NCBI RefSeq assembly: GCF_902652985.1 | Contig: NC_047017.1 | Coordinates: forward strand, 45,818,001 to 45,882,000 | Direction of reading: 5' to 3' | DNA: 64,000 nucleotides | Source: Pecten maximus | Taxonomy: Eukaryota | Shown: positions 12,901-24,683 of the stretch, in pieces | How positions within the stretch are numbered: position 1 is the stretch's first letter | How the letters are laid out: every line of letters starts with the position of its first letter | Notes under the pieces: generated by a model | Told to the model about the DNA's origin: nothing | The model's database searches: none | What the model saw: only the letters and a program-made list of their open reading frames with translations | Translations under genes and position numbers: made by a program

Positions 12901-15900
12901 ACCTGACTACATCCCCCCCCCCACTCCAGTACCTGACTACATCCCCCCCCCACTCCAGTACCTGACTACATCCCCCCCCCCACTCCAGTACCTGACTACA
13001 TCCCCCCCCACTCCAGTACCTGACTACATCCCCCCACTCCAGTACCTGACTACATTCCCCCCCACTCCAGTACCTGATAACATCCCCCCCCACTCCAGTA
13101 CCTGATTAACATCCCCCCCCACTCCAGTACCTGACTACATCCCCCCCCACTCCAGTACCTGATAACATCCCCCCCACTCCAGTACCTGATAACATCCCCC
13201 CCACTCCAGTACCTGACTACATCCCCCCCCCCACTCCAGTACCTGACTACACCCCCCCCCACTCCAGTACCTGATAACATCCCCCCCCACTCCAGTACCT
13301 GACTACATCCCCCCCCACTCCAGTACCTGATAACATCCCCCCCCCCACTCCAGTACCTGACTACATCCCCCCCCCCACTCCAGTACCTGACTACATCCCC
13401 CCCCCACTCCAGTACCTGACTACATCCCCCCCCCCCCATTCCAGTACCTGACTACATCCCCGCCCACTCCAGTACCTGACTACATCCCCCCCCCACTCCA
13501 GTACCTGATAACATCCCCCCCACTCCAGTACCTGACTACATTCCCCCCCACTCCAGTACCTGACTACATCCCCTACCCCCCACTCCAGTACCTGACTACA
13601 TCCCCACCCCACTCTAGTACCTGACTACACCCCCGCCCAACTCCAGTACCTGACTACACCCCCGCCCCACTCCAGTACCTGACTACATCCCCCCCTCCCA
13701 CTCCAGTACCTGACTACATCCCCGCCCCCCCCTCCAGTACCCCTACCCCCCACATCCCCCCCCACTCCAGTACCTGACTACATCCCCCCCCCCCCCCCAG
13801 TACCTGACTACACCCCCGCCCAACTCCAGTACCTGACTACACCCCCCCCCCCCCCCCCCCCCCCCCTTCCAGTAACCTGACTACCAAAACCTCCCCCCCC
13901 CCTACCGACTACATCCCCCCACTCCAGTACCTGACTAACACTCCCACCCTCCCCCCACTCCAGTAACTCTTACTAACCCCTCCCACCCCACTCCAGTACC
14001 TGAACTACACCTCCCCCCCACTCCAGTACCTGACCTTACATCCACCCCCACCCCCAGTACCTGACTACATCCCGCCCCACTCCAGTACCTACATCCCCCC
14101 CCACTCCAGTACCTGAAATACATTTCCCCCCCCCACTCCCCGTAAACCGACTACATCCCCCCCCCCTCCATACCTACTACAATCCCCCCCCCACTCCAGT
14201 AACCTGAAATCACCCCCCCCCCATCCAGTACCTGACTACACCCCCGCCCCACTCCAGTACCTGACTACATCCCCCCCCCCCCCCCATCCACTACCTCCCC
14301 CCCCCCCCCCCCTCCAGTCCTACAACACCCCCCCATTCCGTACCTGACTACACCCCCTCCCCCCCCCCCCCCACTCCAGTACCTGACTACCTCCCCCCAC
14401 TCCAGTACCTGACTACATCCCCCCACTCCCGTACCTGACTACACCCCCCCCCCCCCCCCATCCATACCTGACTACATCCCCCCCCCCCCCCCCCTTCCAC
14501 CTGACTACAACCCCCCCCCCATCCAGTACCTGACTACATCCCCACCCCCACTCCTACCTGACTAACCATCCCCCCCCCCCCCCCTCCTACCTACTACAAC
14601 CCCCCCCCACTCCAGTACCCGACTACCCCCCCCCCCACTCCAGTACCTGACTACATCCCCCCCCCTCCAGTACCTGACTACATCCCCCCCCACTCCAGTA
14701 CCTGACTACATCCCCCCCCCACTCCAGTACCTGACTACATCCCCCCCACTCCAGTACCTGACTACATCCCCCCCACTCCAGTACCTGATAACATCCCCCC
14801 CCCACTCCAGTAACGATAACATACCCCCCCCCACTCCAGTACCTGACTACATCCCCCCCCACTCCAGTACCTGATAACATTACCCCCCACTCCAGTACCT
14901 GATAACATCCCCCCCACTCCAGTACCTGACTACATCCCCCCCCCACTCCAGTACCTGACTACATCCCCCCCACCTCCAGTACCTGATACATCCCCCCCCA
15001 CTCCAGGTACCTGACTACATCCCCCCCCCCACTCCAGTACCTGATAACATCCCCCCCCCCACTCCAGTACCTGACTACATCCCCCCCCCACTCCAGTACC
15101 TGACTACATCCCCCCCCACGTCCAAGTAAACTGACTACATCCCCCCCCCCATTCCAGTACCTGACTACAATCCCCCCGCCCACTTTATACCCTACTAACA
15201 TCCCCCCCCCAACTCCATACCTGATAACCATCCCCCCCCCACTCCAGTACCTGACTACATCCCCCCCCCCACTCCAGTACCTGACTACATCCCCCCCCCC
15301 ACTCCAGTACCTGACTACATCCCCCCCACTCCAGTACCTGACTACACCCCCCCCCCAACTCCAGTACCTGACTACAAAACACCCCCCCCCCCCCAGTACC
15401 TGACTACATCCCCCCCCCCCCCACTCCATACCTGAAATACACTTCCCCCCCCACTCCGTACCTGACTACATTCCCCCCCCTCCAGATACTACATCCCCCA
15501 CCCCCCCACTCCAGTACCTGACCCACACCCCCCCCAAATCCAGTTTCCTGACTTACCACCCACCCCCCCCCCCACTCCAGTACCTACTACAACCTCCCCC
15601 CCCACTCCATACCTGACTACATCCCCCCCACTCCAGTACCTGACTACACCCCCCCCCCCCCCCGTACCTGACTACATCCCCCCCACTCCAGTAGCCGTGA
15701 CTACATCCCCCCCCCACTCCAGTACGCTGACTACATCACCGCCCACATCCAGTACCCGTGGACTCACATCCCTACATCCCCCCCACTGCCCAGTACCTGA
15801 CTACATCCCCAGCCACCACTCTAGTACCTGACTACAATCCCCCGCCAACTCCAGGACCGGACTACATCCCCCGCCCCACTCCAGTACCCTGACTACAATC

Positions 15901-16237
15901 CTCCCCCCCACTCCATAACCTGACTACATAACCCAATCCCACCCCACCCAGTACCTGACTACAATCCCCGCCCACTCCAGTACCTGACTACCCTCGCCCC
16001 ACCCTCCCCCCCCAATCCAAGCTACCTGACTACATCCCCCCCCACTCCAGTACCTGAGCTACATCCCTCCCCCACTCCAGTACCTGACTACATCCCCCCC
16101 CCACTCCAGTACCTGACTACACCCTCCCCCACTCCAGTACCTGACTACATCCCCCCCACTCCAGTACCTGACTACAACCCCCCCCACTCCAGTACCTGAC
16201 TACAACTACAACCCCCCCCATTCCAGTACCTGACTAC

Positions 16238-16313
<76 letters not shown>

Positions 16314-16348
16314 CAGTACCTGACTACATCCCCGCCCCACTCCAGTAC
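9915..16348. repeat. C-rich minisatellite, ~28-33-bp unit with variable C-run, ~6.4 kb
   Basis: Unit ccactccagtacctgactacat(c)n with a gataacat variant. Some stretches are noisy (~12340-12740 and 13720-16080). Confidence 0.97.
16240..16311. repeat. Poly-C run followed by (AC)n microsatellite inside one minisatellite unit
   Basis: About 38 C at 16240-16277, then ~17 AC, then ...tccagtacc resumes the unit. Confidence 0.9.
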
Positions 16349-18229
16349 ATGTCTCTAACTTTTTACCTAGCTGGCTTGTATGTCTGTCAACTATATGTAC
16401 TTAACTACAAAGACAATAAATTGCGAGATTTTATAATGGATGTCAATATTTGTTTTCTCATACCTCTTGTTTAATAGCATTAATATTTCAAGTTTCTTTG
16501 TATATTGTTTGATCTTTTTCTTTCATTTATGTATTATGCAATTGATAAGAAATCTTCTAATCTATTATGATTTAGTGAAAAAGCGACAAAGATGTATACG
16601 TAATTAATCCACATATTATAATCCATCATTTTACAATTATCTAAGATGAGCCATACTATGACTGATTTGTGATTTTCTGTGTGGCAGGATAGGAATATGG
16701 ATTTTTTTTTTTACATAACTCAAATGGGAACATAATTTTGTTTAAATGGCCCTTTTAAATATCAATTCTATTGTTAACTTTACATGTGGGTCATATACAA
16801 TATTCTAACTGATTATAAAGATTGTATGACACGTACTGTTGACATTAGAATATGACCTTGACTTAACCTGCATGCTCAAAATAATCTTGACATATATCAT
16901 TTTCTTTTGTGTGTTTTAAAATATAATTTTGTATTCATCTCATCAACATTAAACCACTCATGTTCAAATTAAGTTCATTTGTTTCTATAGAGAGGCATTA
17001 AACAACCTTGACCTTAATTGAATTAGGTGTTAAATGACCTTGACCCTGTTGCAGTCATCACAGGTGTAAACAGCCTTGGTTTGTGATGTATTGAGTGTCC
17101 TATAGTCAGCTAATAGTGGCTGCTGACAGCTTATCCTTACAAGGTAGGCGTTACATACACTAGGACCTGAGAAATTAGAAATTCATTCTATTTGAAGGTA
17201 TTTCTTGGTACAAACTACATGTAAGCCTAAAAGAACAATAGGAAAGATATCCCTGTATATATACCAGTACAGACGTAAAATTATATATAATTTATGTAAA
17301 TTTCACCCACATTTGCACTGAGAATCAAATCTGAGTAGAGCAGAAAATTGTGGTTAAATCATTTTTTAAGAGTATTATATTTGGAGAGAGGAAGGAAACT
17401 GCACTTAACTATGTATAACAGACACAGAATTGTTCTGACAAAAAAGGCCAGTTAGCTATTTACATATCAAAAGTGATTCAATACATTTTAAGTAATGGAA
17501 TGAAAAAAACACCTCCTGACAGGAGGACAGTTAACGTTAGGAGGACCACCTCAAACGTTAGATGATTATCTCCTAATTCATACAGTAAGTGCACATTTTA
17601 GTCACATTTACTTCTCAAAGGCAGTCTACATCACGAACCACATACCATATACAATACTGGTAGATGTTCATCTTGTCTTAAATTACGTGTCAACTTTTTT
17701 GTTAGTGGTATAAAATATATACCTCATTTCATCACGTTGGTGTAAATATGCCACGTGTTCAGAGTATTTACCTTACATCAGTCCAAACACCTACATGTGA
17801 ATTTTTTTTTACATAATACAGAACATTACACCAACAATACAACTTAAGGAGGATCTTGAATGAACTAACAAAATGTACCATGATTATTCCCCTTTTTTGA
17901 ACTCTTTACTGTGCTGTCTTTAATGTGTCTGCTGAATGGCTTAATCACTTTAAATAAAGAAGGGAGAGAGGTGACAGTACACTTGCCTTTGTGTACAGAG
18001 TACACAACATTAGCATGTGAATCTAGTTTATACCAGGTTAGCAGGTAAATGTATAGAGTAGACACGAGCTTTAAACATGTAAATATACATGTTAGTGTGT
18101 AAATAGTCATTGCTGACATGCTATACAAAATTTACCCCACATTGTTGTATTCAATGGGTATTTACCAGAACAGGCTACAACTTTGATCTATACCTACATG
18201 ACACTGCCATCAAATAGATGCATTCCACA

Positions 18230-19877
18230 TTTCACAGATAAACCATTAAAAGTAAACCTTAGTCACAGATAAACAATTATTAGTTCCCCAGGTCACAGAT
18301 TAACCATTAAGTTCCCTAGGTCACAGATAAACCATTAAGTTCCCTAGATCACAGATAAACCATTAAGTTCCCTAGGTCACATATTAACCATTAATTCCCT
18401 AGGTCACAAATAAACCATCAAAAGTTTCCTAGGTCACAGATAAACCATTAAGTTGCCTAGGTCACAGATAAACCATTAAGTTCCCTAGATCACAGATTAA
18501 CCATTAAGTTCCCTATGTCACAGATAAACCATCAAAAGTTCCCTAGGTCACAGATAAACCATTAAGTTTCCTAGGTCACAGATAAACCATTAAGCTCCCT
18601 AGGTCACAGATAAACCATTTAAGTTACTAGGTAACAGATAAATTCCCTGCAGTTAACAGATAAACATTTAAGAGTTCCCTAGGTCACATATAAACCATTA
18701 GGTTCCCATGGTCACAGATAAACCATTAAGTTCCCTAGGTCATAGATAAACCATCAAACGTTCCCTAGATCACAGTTAAACCATCAAACGCTCCCTAGAT
18801 CACAGTTAAACCATTAGGTTACCTAGGTCACAGATAAACCATTAAGTTCACTAGATCACAGATAAACCATTAAGTTTCCTAGGTCACAGATAAACCATTA
18901 AGTTTCGTAGGTCACAGATAAACCATTAAGTTCCCTAGGTCACAGATAAACCATTTAGTTCCCTAGGTCACAGACAAACCATTTAGGTTCCTAGGTAACA
19001 GATAAATTCTCTGCAGTTAACAGATTATCATTTAAAAGTTCCCTAGATCACAGATAAACCATAAAAAGTTCCTTAGGTCACAGATAAACTTTTAAGTTTC
19101 CTAGGTCACAGAAAAACAATCAAAAGTTCCCAAGGTCACAGATAAACCATTAAGCTCCCTAGGTCACAGATAAACCAACAAAAGTTCCCAAGGTCACAGA
19201 TAAACCATTAAGTTTCCTAGGTCAATGATAAACCATCAAAAGTTCCCTAGGTGACAGATAAACCAGGAAGCTCCCTAGGTCAGAGATAAACCATATTAAA
19301 AGTTCCCTAGGTCACAGATTAACCATTCATTCCCTAGGTCACAGATTAACCATTAAGTTCCCTGGGTCACAGATAAACCATTAAGTTCCCTAGATCACAG
19401 ATAAACCACTAAGTTCCCTAGGTCACAGATAAACCATTAAGTTTCCTAGGTCACAGATAAACCATTCATTCCCTAGGTCACAGATAAACCATTAAGTTAC
19501 CTAGGTCACAGATAAACCATTTAGTTTCCTAGGTCACAGATAAACCATTAAGTTTCCTAGGTCACAGATAAACCATTAAGTTCCCTAGGTCACAGATAAA
19601 CCATTAAGTTCCCTAGGTCACAGATAAACCATTAAGTTCCCTAGGTCACAGATAAACCATTAAGTTCCCTAGGTCACAGATAAACCATTAAGTTCCTTAG
19701 GTCACAGATACACTATTAAGTTTCCTAGGTCACAGATAAACCATTAAAAGTTCCCTAGGTCACAGATAAACCATTAAAAGTTCCCTAGGGCACAGATAAA
19801 CCATCAAAAGTTCCCTTGGTCACAGATAAACCATGAAGCTCCCTAGGTCACAGATAAACCATTAAAAGTTCTCTAGG
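18230..19877. repeat. Minisatellite, 28-bp unit
   Basis: Unit ccctaggtcacagataaaccattaagtt, >50 copies. Confidence 0.96.
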
Positions 19878-19936
19878 TGCTAAAGTGTTAAACCCGTCTG
19901 CCTAGTCATTTACTGATGCCATTTTCTAAGTTTTGC

Positions 19937-19983
19937 AAAAAAAAACAACAAAAAAACTCAAGACATACGTGTAAGACTTTAAT
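19937..19983 (-). terminator. Candidate polyadenylation signal of the minus-strand gene
   Basis: The minus strand reads ATTAAA (plus tttaat 19978-19983), then ~20 nt later a U/GU-rich tract (plus 19937-19956). It lies 1.1 kb downstream of the stop at 21076. An alternative AATAAA is near 20329-20334. Confidence 0.4.
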
Positions 19984-21075
19984 GAGTGAACTATAATCTA
20001 TCAATTGCAAACCAAGCAGACTTCAGAAAATCTTTTACTAAGTTTCTATAAAATATAAAACAACAAAAGGTCCATATATGTATGACTAATATATATCACA
20101 ATACATTTGTATACATTTGTATTCCAATCACTATGAAAGAGGAAAATGCTTAAACAGAAAGTATTAGAAAACAATCAAAATAAGAGCTAGTCAAAGGCAG
20201 GACAATTCATTTACCATTTCTACATACAAAGGTTTTTGGTTAAAATATGGAAGTTTGCATCTTCTTAAAAAGAAGACAAGTCAGTTTAGCTAAAATATTC
20301 AATTTCAAAACTGATAATCATGTTTTTTTTTATTGAAGAGGGAGTTTAATGTTGATGGTATTCAAGATATGTGGGACACATCTACACAACAAAGCATTGT
20401 TATATACAGCACAGAGCTGATAACAACTGATTAATTCAGATTTTAACCAAACACTCAATAATATTCTCCGGTATCTTATACTGGCATCACTGGCTATTTC
20501 CTAACATTTAATGATCAAACATAGATCCAAGATATCACTGTAGGTGTCCACAAACAATGTTATCATCACTAAATTGTTGATGATGTTATGAGTGAAATCT
20601 AGCTACCAGCATGTTTTATATTTCTTTTAAGGATATAACATCTCCACCATCACTTTCCAAAAAAATAGGTAAATGCTGAAGAATAAAATTAATGAAATAA
20701 CACCTGCAGCCGGTAAGTCATGTGACTTTAATTAAAACAGCTTCAGTAGAGTAGACAAAGATTCAGATCATTTTTTTTTAAAACAGATAGTAAAAATAAA
20801 ATGATTTAAGATGTATAATGTACAAAGATATTCAAATGTTTAGGCAATAAATAAACCAGCCACAGGGCAAATGTAGGTAAATGTTCTCAAACGTTGATAC
20901 CATTAAATGGGAGGTATGTAGTAGACATCATTGACTGTAGATAGACATATGTCCTGGAAGGCATGACATAGACAAACCAGTTGATATCTTTAGGTGATGA
21001 TGACATCCTTAGAATGAAGGAAAGGGAAAATACAATTTTCACGTATGTTTTCAAGCATACTGAATGTAAATATTC

Positions 21076-21180
21076 TCAAATGATATCCTCAAAGTGGAGC
21101 ACGCCGAGCCTGTTGAACACAAACAAGGACAGCTGTGTGAAGGATCTTGGACCCAGGTTGGTGGTGCACTTGTAATTGTC
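21076..21180 (-). CDS. Probable terminal coding exon of an unidentified gene (DNYKCTTNLGPRSFTQLSLFVFNRLGVLHFEDII*)
   Basis: Strong acceptor cttttattttAG|gac at 21181. 34 codons plus TGA in phase 0, with most codons ending in G/C despite the AT-rich background. Followed by T-rich UTR-like sequence and a poly(A) signal. No family recognised. Confidence 0.55.
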   Translation of the reverse strand, partial: DNYKCTTNLGPRSFTQLSLFVFNRLGVLHFEDII

Positions 21181-21975
21181 CTAAAATAAAAGTTAAAATC
21201 TTTAAATTATATCTAAATTACATAAGACAGGTCAATTTTGCACTAAAACAGATTTTCACTTTATTTTTGTATTTCAGGGGGAAAAAATCTCCAGGAATAA
21301 ATGTGTGGTTATGGAACAAACATCATCTCATAAAGACACATTTTTAAATTGCAAGTGATGGAATTAAAGGAATTTTGTCTCACCTTTTACATAGTACAAC
21401 ATTAGTTTTAGAACATTTACCATAAACAGTCAGCAAAACTCCAAATATGTGTATACATTTTACCAACATGCAAATTTCAGAACATTTACTGTACAGAGAA
21501 CACAATGTCATACCAATAATGTTTCAGAACAATTACCATAAACTGAACAAAATTACGTCGGTATGCCTTGGAATATATTTACCATTCACAAACTTAGCAG
21601 CATAATAAATGACATTCTAGGACATTTACCATTCACAAACTTAACTGCATAATAAATATTACCAGGTATTCTAGAACATTTACCGTAATCAAATGCACAT
21701 TAAAGCATGTTGTCCTTAAATGAAAATAGACTGTTCTATATTCATATGCATTATTCATGTACTCAGAGAATGTTAAAATTTTTAGTTTCAAATGTCATAC
21801 ACTAAACATTAAACCTGAGGCAGCATATCAGAGGAACCACACTGTTTCTGATTAAACTCCGCTCAGGTGGACAGTGACCTGGTATTTACAAATTCAGGTT
21901 AGTAGGACGTTGGTTAATTAACACAGTAAAAATGACGGATACATGTGAATGTTAATTTACATAAGAACAGCATTT

Positions 21976-22978
21976 CAGGTACTGTGTTGTTAGGTACTGT
22001 GTTGTCAGGTACCTAATTGTTGTCAGGTACCTTGTTGTTAGGTACCTTGTTGTTAGGTACTGTGTTGTTAGGTACTGTGTTGTTAGGTACTGTGTTGTTA
22101 GGTACTGTGTTGTTAGGTACCTTGTTGTTAGGTACCTTGTTGTCAGGTACCTTGTTGTTAGGTACCTTGTTGTTAGGTACCTTGTTGTTAGATACCTTGT
22201 TGTTAGGTACTGTGTTGTTAGGTACCTTGTTGTTAGGTACCTTGTTGTTAGGTACCTTGTTGTTAGGTACCTTGTTGTCAGGTACTGTGTTGTCAAGTAC
22301 TGTGTTGTTAGGTACCTTGTTGTCAGGTACTGTGTTGTTAGGTACCTTGTTGTCAGGTACCTTGTTGTCAGGTACCTTGTTGTTAAGTACTGTGTTGTTA
22401 GGTACCTTGTTGTTAGGTACTGTGTTGTTAGGTACCTTGTTGTTAGGTACCTTGTTGTTAGGTACCTTGTTGTTAGATACCTTGTTGTTAGGTACCTTGT
22501 TGTTAGGTACCTTGTTGTTAGGTACCTTGTTGTCAGGTACCTTGTTGTTAGGTACTGTGTTGTTAGGTACCTTGTTGTTAGGTACCTTGTTGTTAGATAC
22601 CTTGTTGTTAGGTACCTTGTTGTTAGGTACCTTGTTGTTAGGTACTGTGTTGTTAGGTACTGTGTTGTTAGGTACCTTGTTGTTAGGTACTGTGTTGTTA
22701 GGTACCTTGTTGTTAGGTACTGTGTTGTTAGGTACTGTGTTGTTAGGTACTGTGTTGTTAGGTACCTTGTTGTTAGGTACTGTGTTGTTAGGTACTGTGT
22801 TGTTAGGTACTGTGTTGTTAGGTACTGTGTTGTTAGGTACTGTGTTGTTAGGTACCTTGTTGTTAGGTACCTTGTTGTTAGGTACTGTGTTGTTAGGTAC
22901 TGTGTTGTTAGGTACTGTGTTGTTAGGTACTGTGTTGTTAGGTACCTTGTTGTCAGGTACTGTGTTGTTAGGTACCAT
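21976..22978. repeat. Minisatellite, 15-bp unit with two main variants
   Basis: ggtaccttgttgtta / ggtactgtgttgtta, ~66 copies with almost no indels; source of the VPNNK/GTLLL pseudo-ORFs. Confidence 0.97.
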
Positions 22979-22979
22979 G

Positions 22980-23262
22980 TTAAGATCTACAGGGTCTTGT
23001 TATAGACAAGTAATGGTACAAGATTTACAGGTTCTGTTATAGACAGGTATTGTACAATATCTACAGGGTCTGTTATAGACAGGTATGGTACAAGATCTAC
23101 ATGGTCTGTTATAGACAGGTATGGTACAGGTATTGTACAAGATCTACATCGTCTGTTATAGACAGGTATGGTACAGGTATTGTAGAAGATCTACAGGGTC
23201 TGTTATAGAGCGATATGGTACAAGATCTACAGGGTCCATTATAGACAGGTATTGTACAAGAT
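22980..23262. repeat. Degenerate ~36-bp minisatellite
   Basis: Unit ~ggtatggtacaagatctacagggtctgttatagaca, abutting the 15-bp array. Confidence 0.85.
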
Positions 23263-23997
23263 ACTTTATAAACATAATGCTTAACATATCATCCATGAAT
23301 ATTTCAAAAGACTGATGTACCTACATGCAGAGTTACACTGTTAAAGGCCATGTACAACAGGAAAACAGCCATGACCTTCACTGACATCCCCTCCCCCTCC
23401 CTAATGGGGCAGGAAATGGATTACATGAGAAATGAATCTGTCCTTTGATGTTGCAGCTAGTGCTCTGCTTAGGTAAACAGCTCAGAGAAGGTAGGGCTAA
23501 GCTCATATACAAACCTCACTCATGGAGACTACCTGTCACTGTAATCCAGGTAACCTTTATTTTCTGAATTAAGTCCTTTCACAACTTGATAGTCTATTCA
23601 CATGGTGCTGTATTATAACTCTTCCAACTCAAGGACCTATCATATTTATTTATGATCAGATTTTTATTATTTTGATTTTGAAAGATTTCTATCCACAAAC
23701 ATCATTACATAATGTTTTGCCAGTCTGGGAGCCATACTGACTGTTGATTGTTCAAACAGTGTAATCAGTGTGAAAAGGATTTCCTGTTGGGTAAAGAGGA
23801 AAACTCCAATGATTCAATGTACATTAGATTAACAGTCAATATCAATAGTTAAAAGCATCTATTTAGACTTTATCAATCCCCAAGGACCACCAATATCTAT
23901 TTTGTCATTTTCCATTCAACAAAAATATTGAAAAGATTAGTTATCAACATATGTAATGTGTATGTATTGTAGTCTGTAATTCTTATTTTCCATGAAA

Positions 23998-24223
23998 GAG
24001 TACAAAAGGGAGGTAACTGCCATTGAGTATACAAGGGAGGTAACTGCCATTGAGTACACAAGGGAGGTAACTGCCATTGAGTACACAAGGGAGGTAACTG
24101 CCATTGAGTACACAAGGGAGGTAACTGCCATTGAGTACACAGGGGACCTAACTGCCATTGAGTATACAAGGGAGGTAACTGCCATTGAGTACACAAGGGA
24201 GGTAACTGCCATTGAGTACACAA
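23998..24223. repeat. 27-bp minisatellite, left part (split by transposon)
   Basis: Unit gggaggtaactgccattgagtacacaa. Confidence 0.95.
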
Positions 24224-24683
24224 GGCCTCAGACCACAATTAATTTCCCTCTTTGTTCTACCAAAGAAAAATCGAAATTAAAATATTTCAGAAGTTTGCAA
24301 AAAATCTGGCTTTCACATCACGTGTAGAACTATTCAAGCTGAACATACAGTGAGCTGGAAAGTACCTCATGACCGGCATTTAACAAAGTTATTTTTATTT
24401 AAGTGTAACCACCCTACTATATTGTAGGAAAATCCGGAAAATCACAAAATATTACTACTCAAGCCTTATAACTCCCCGTGTCCTGCCTCACAAACAAACA
24501 TGGAAATGGTGTCAAAATAAAATTCTGCCACTAGATTACATATTGCACTATAAATCTATGCTAAAATTATGTCCATATCTGTAGCAGCTAAGTCAGGAAA
24601 AAATATTTAGCAACAGTCCTGAAATTTCAATATGTACTACATTCGTGTACAACGACCCGGAAGTATTATTGTGGTCTGAGGCC
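24224..24683. repeat. Left long terminal direct repeat (460 bp, MITE-like, 16-bp TIRs)
   Basis: Starts ggcctcagaccacaattaatttcc and ends ggaagtattattgtggtctgaggcc. Confidence 0.95.

Noticed and set aside
17512-17526. Hairpin cctcct-gac-aggagg as a Helitron 3' end or terminator
   Set aside because: The stem is only 6 bp and there is no CTRR terminus or other supporting structure.
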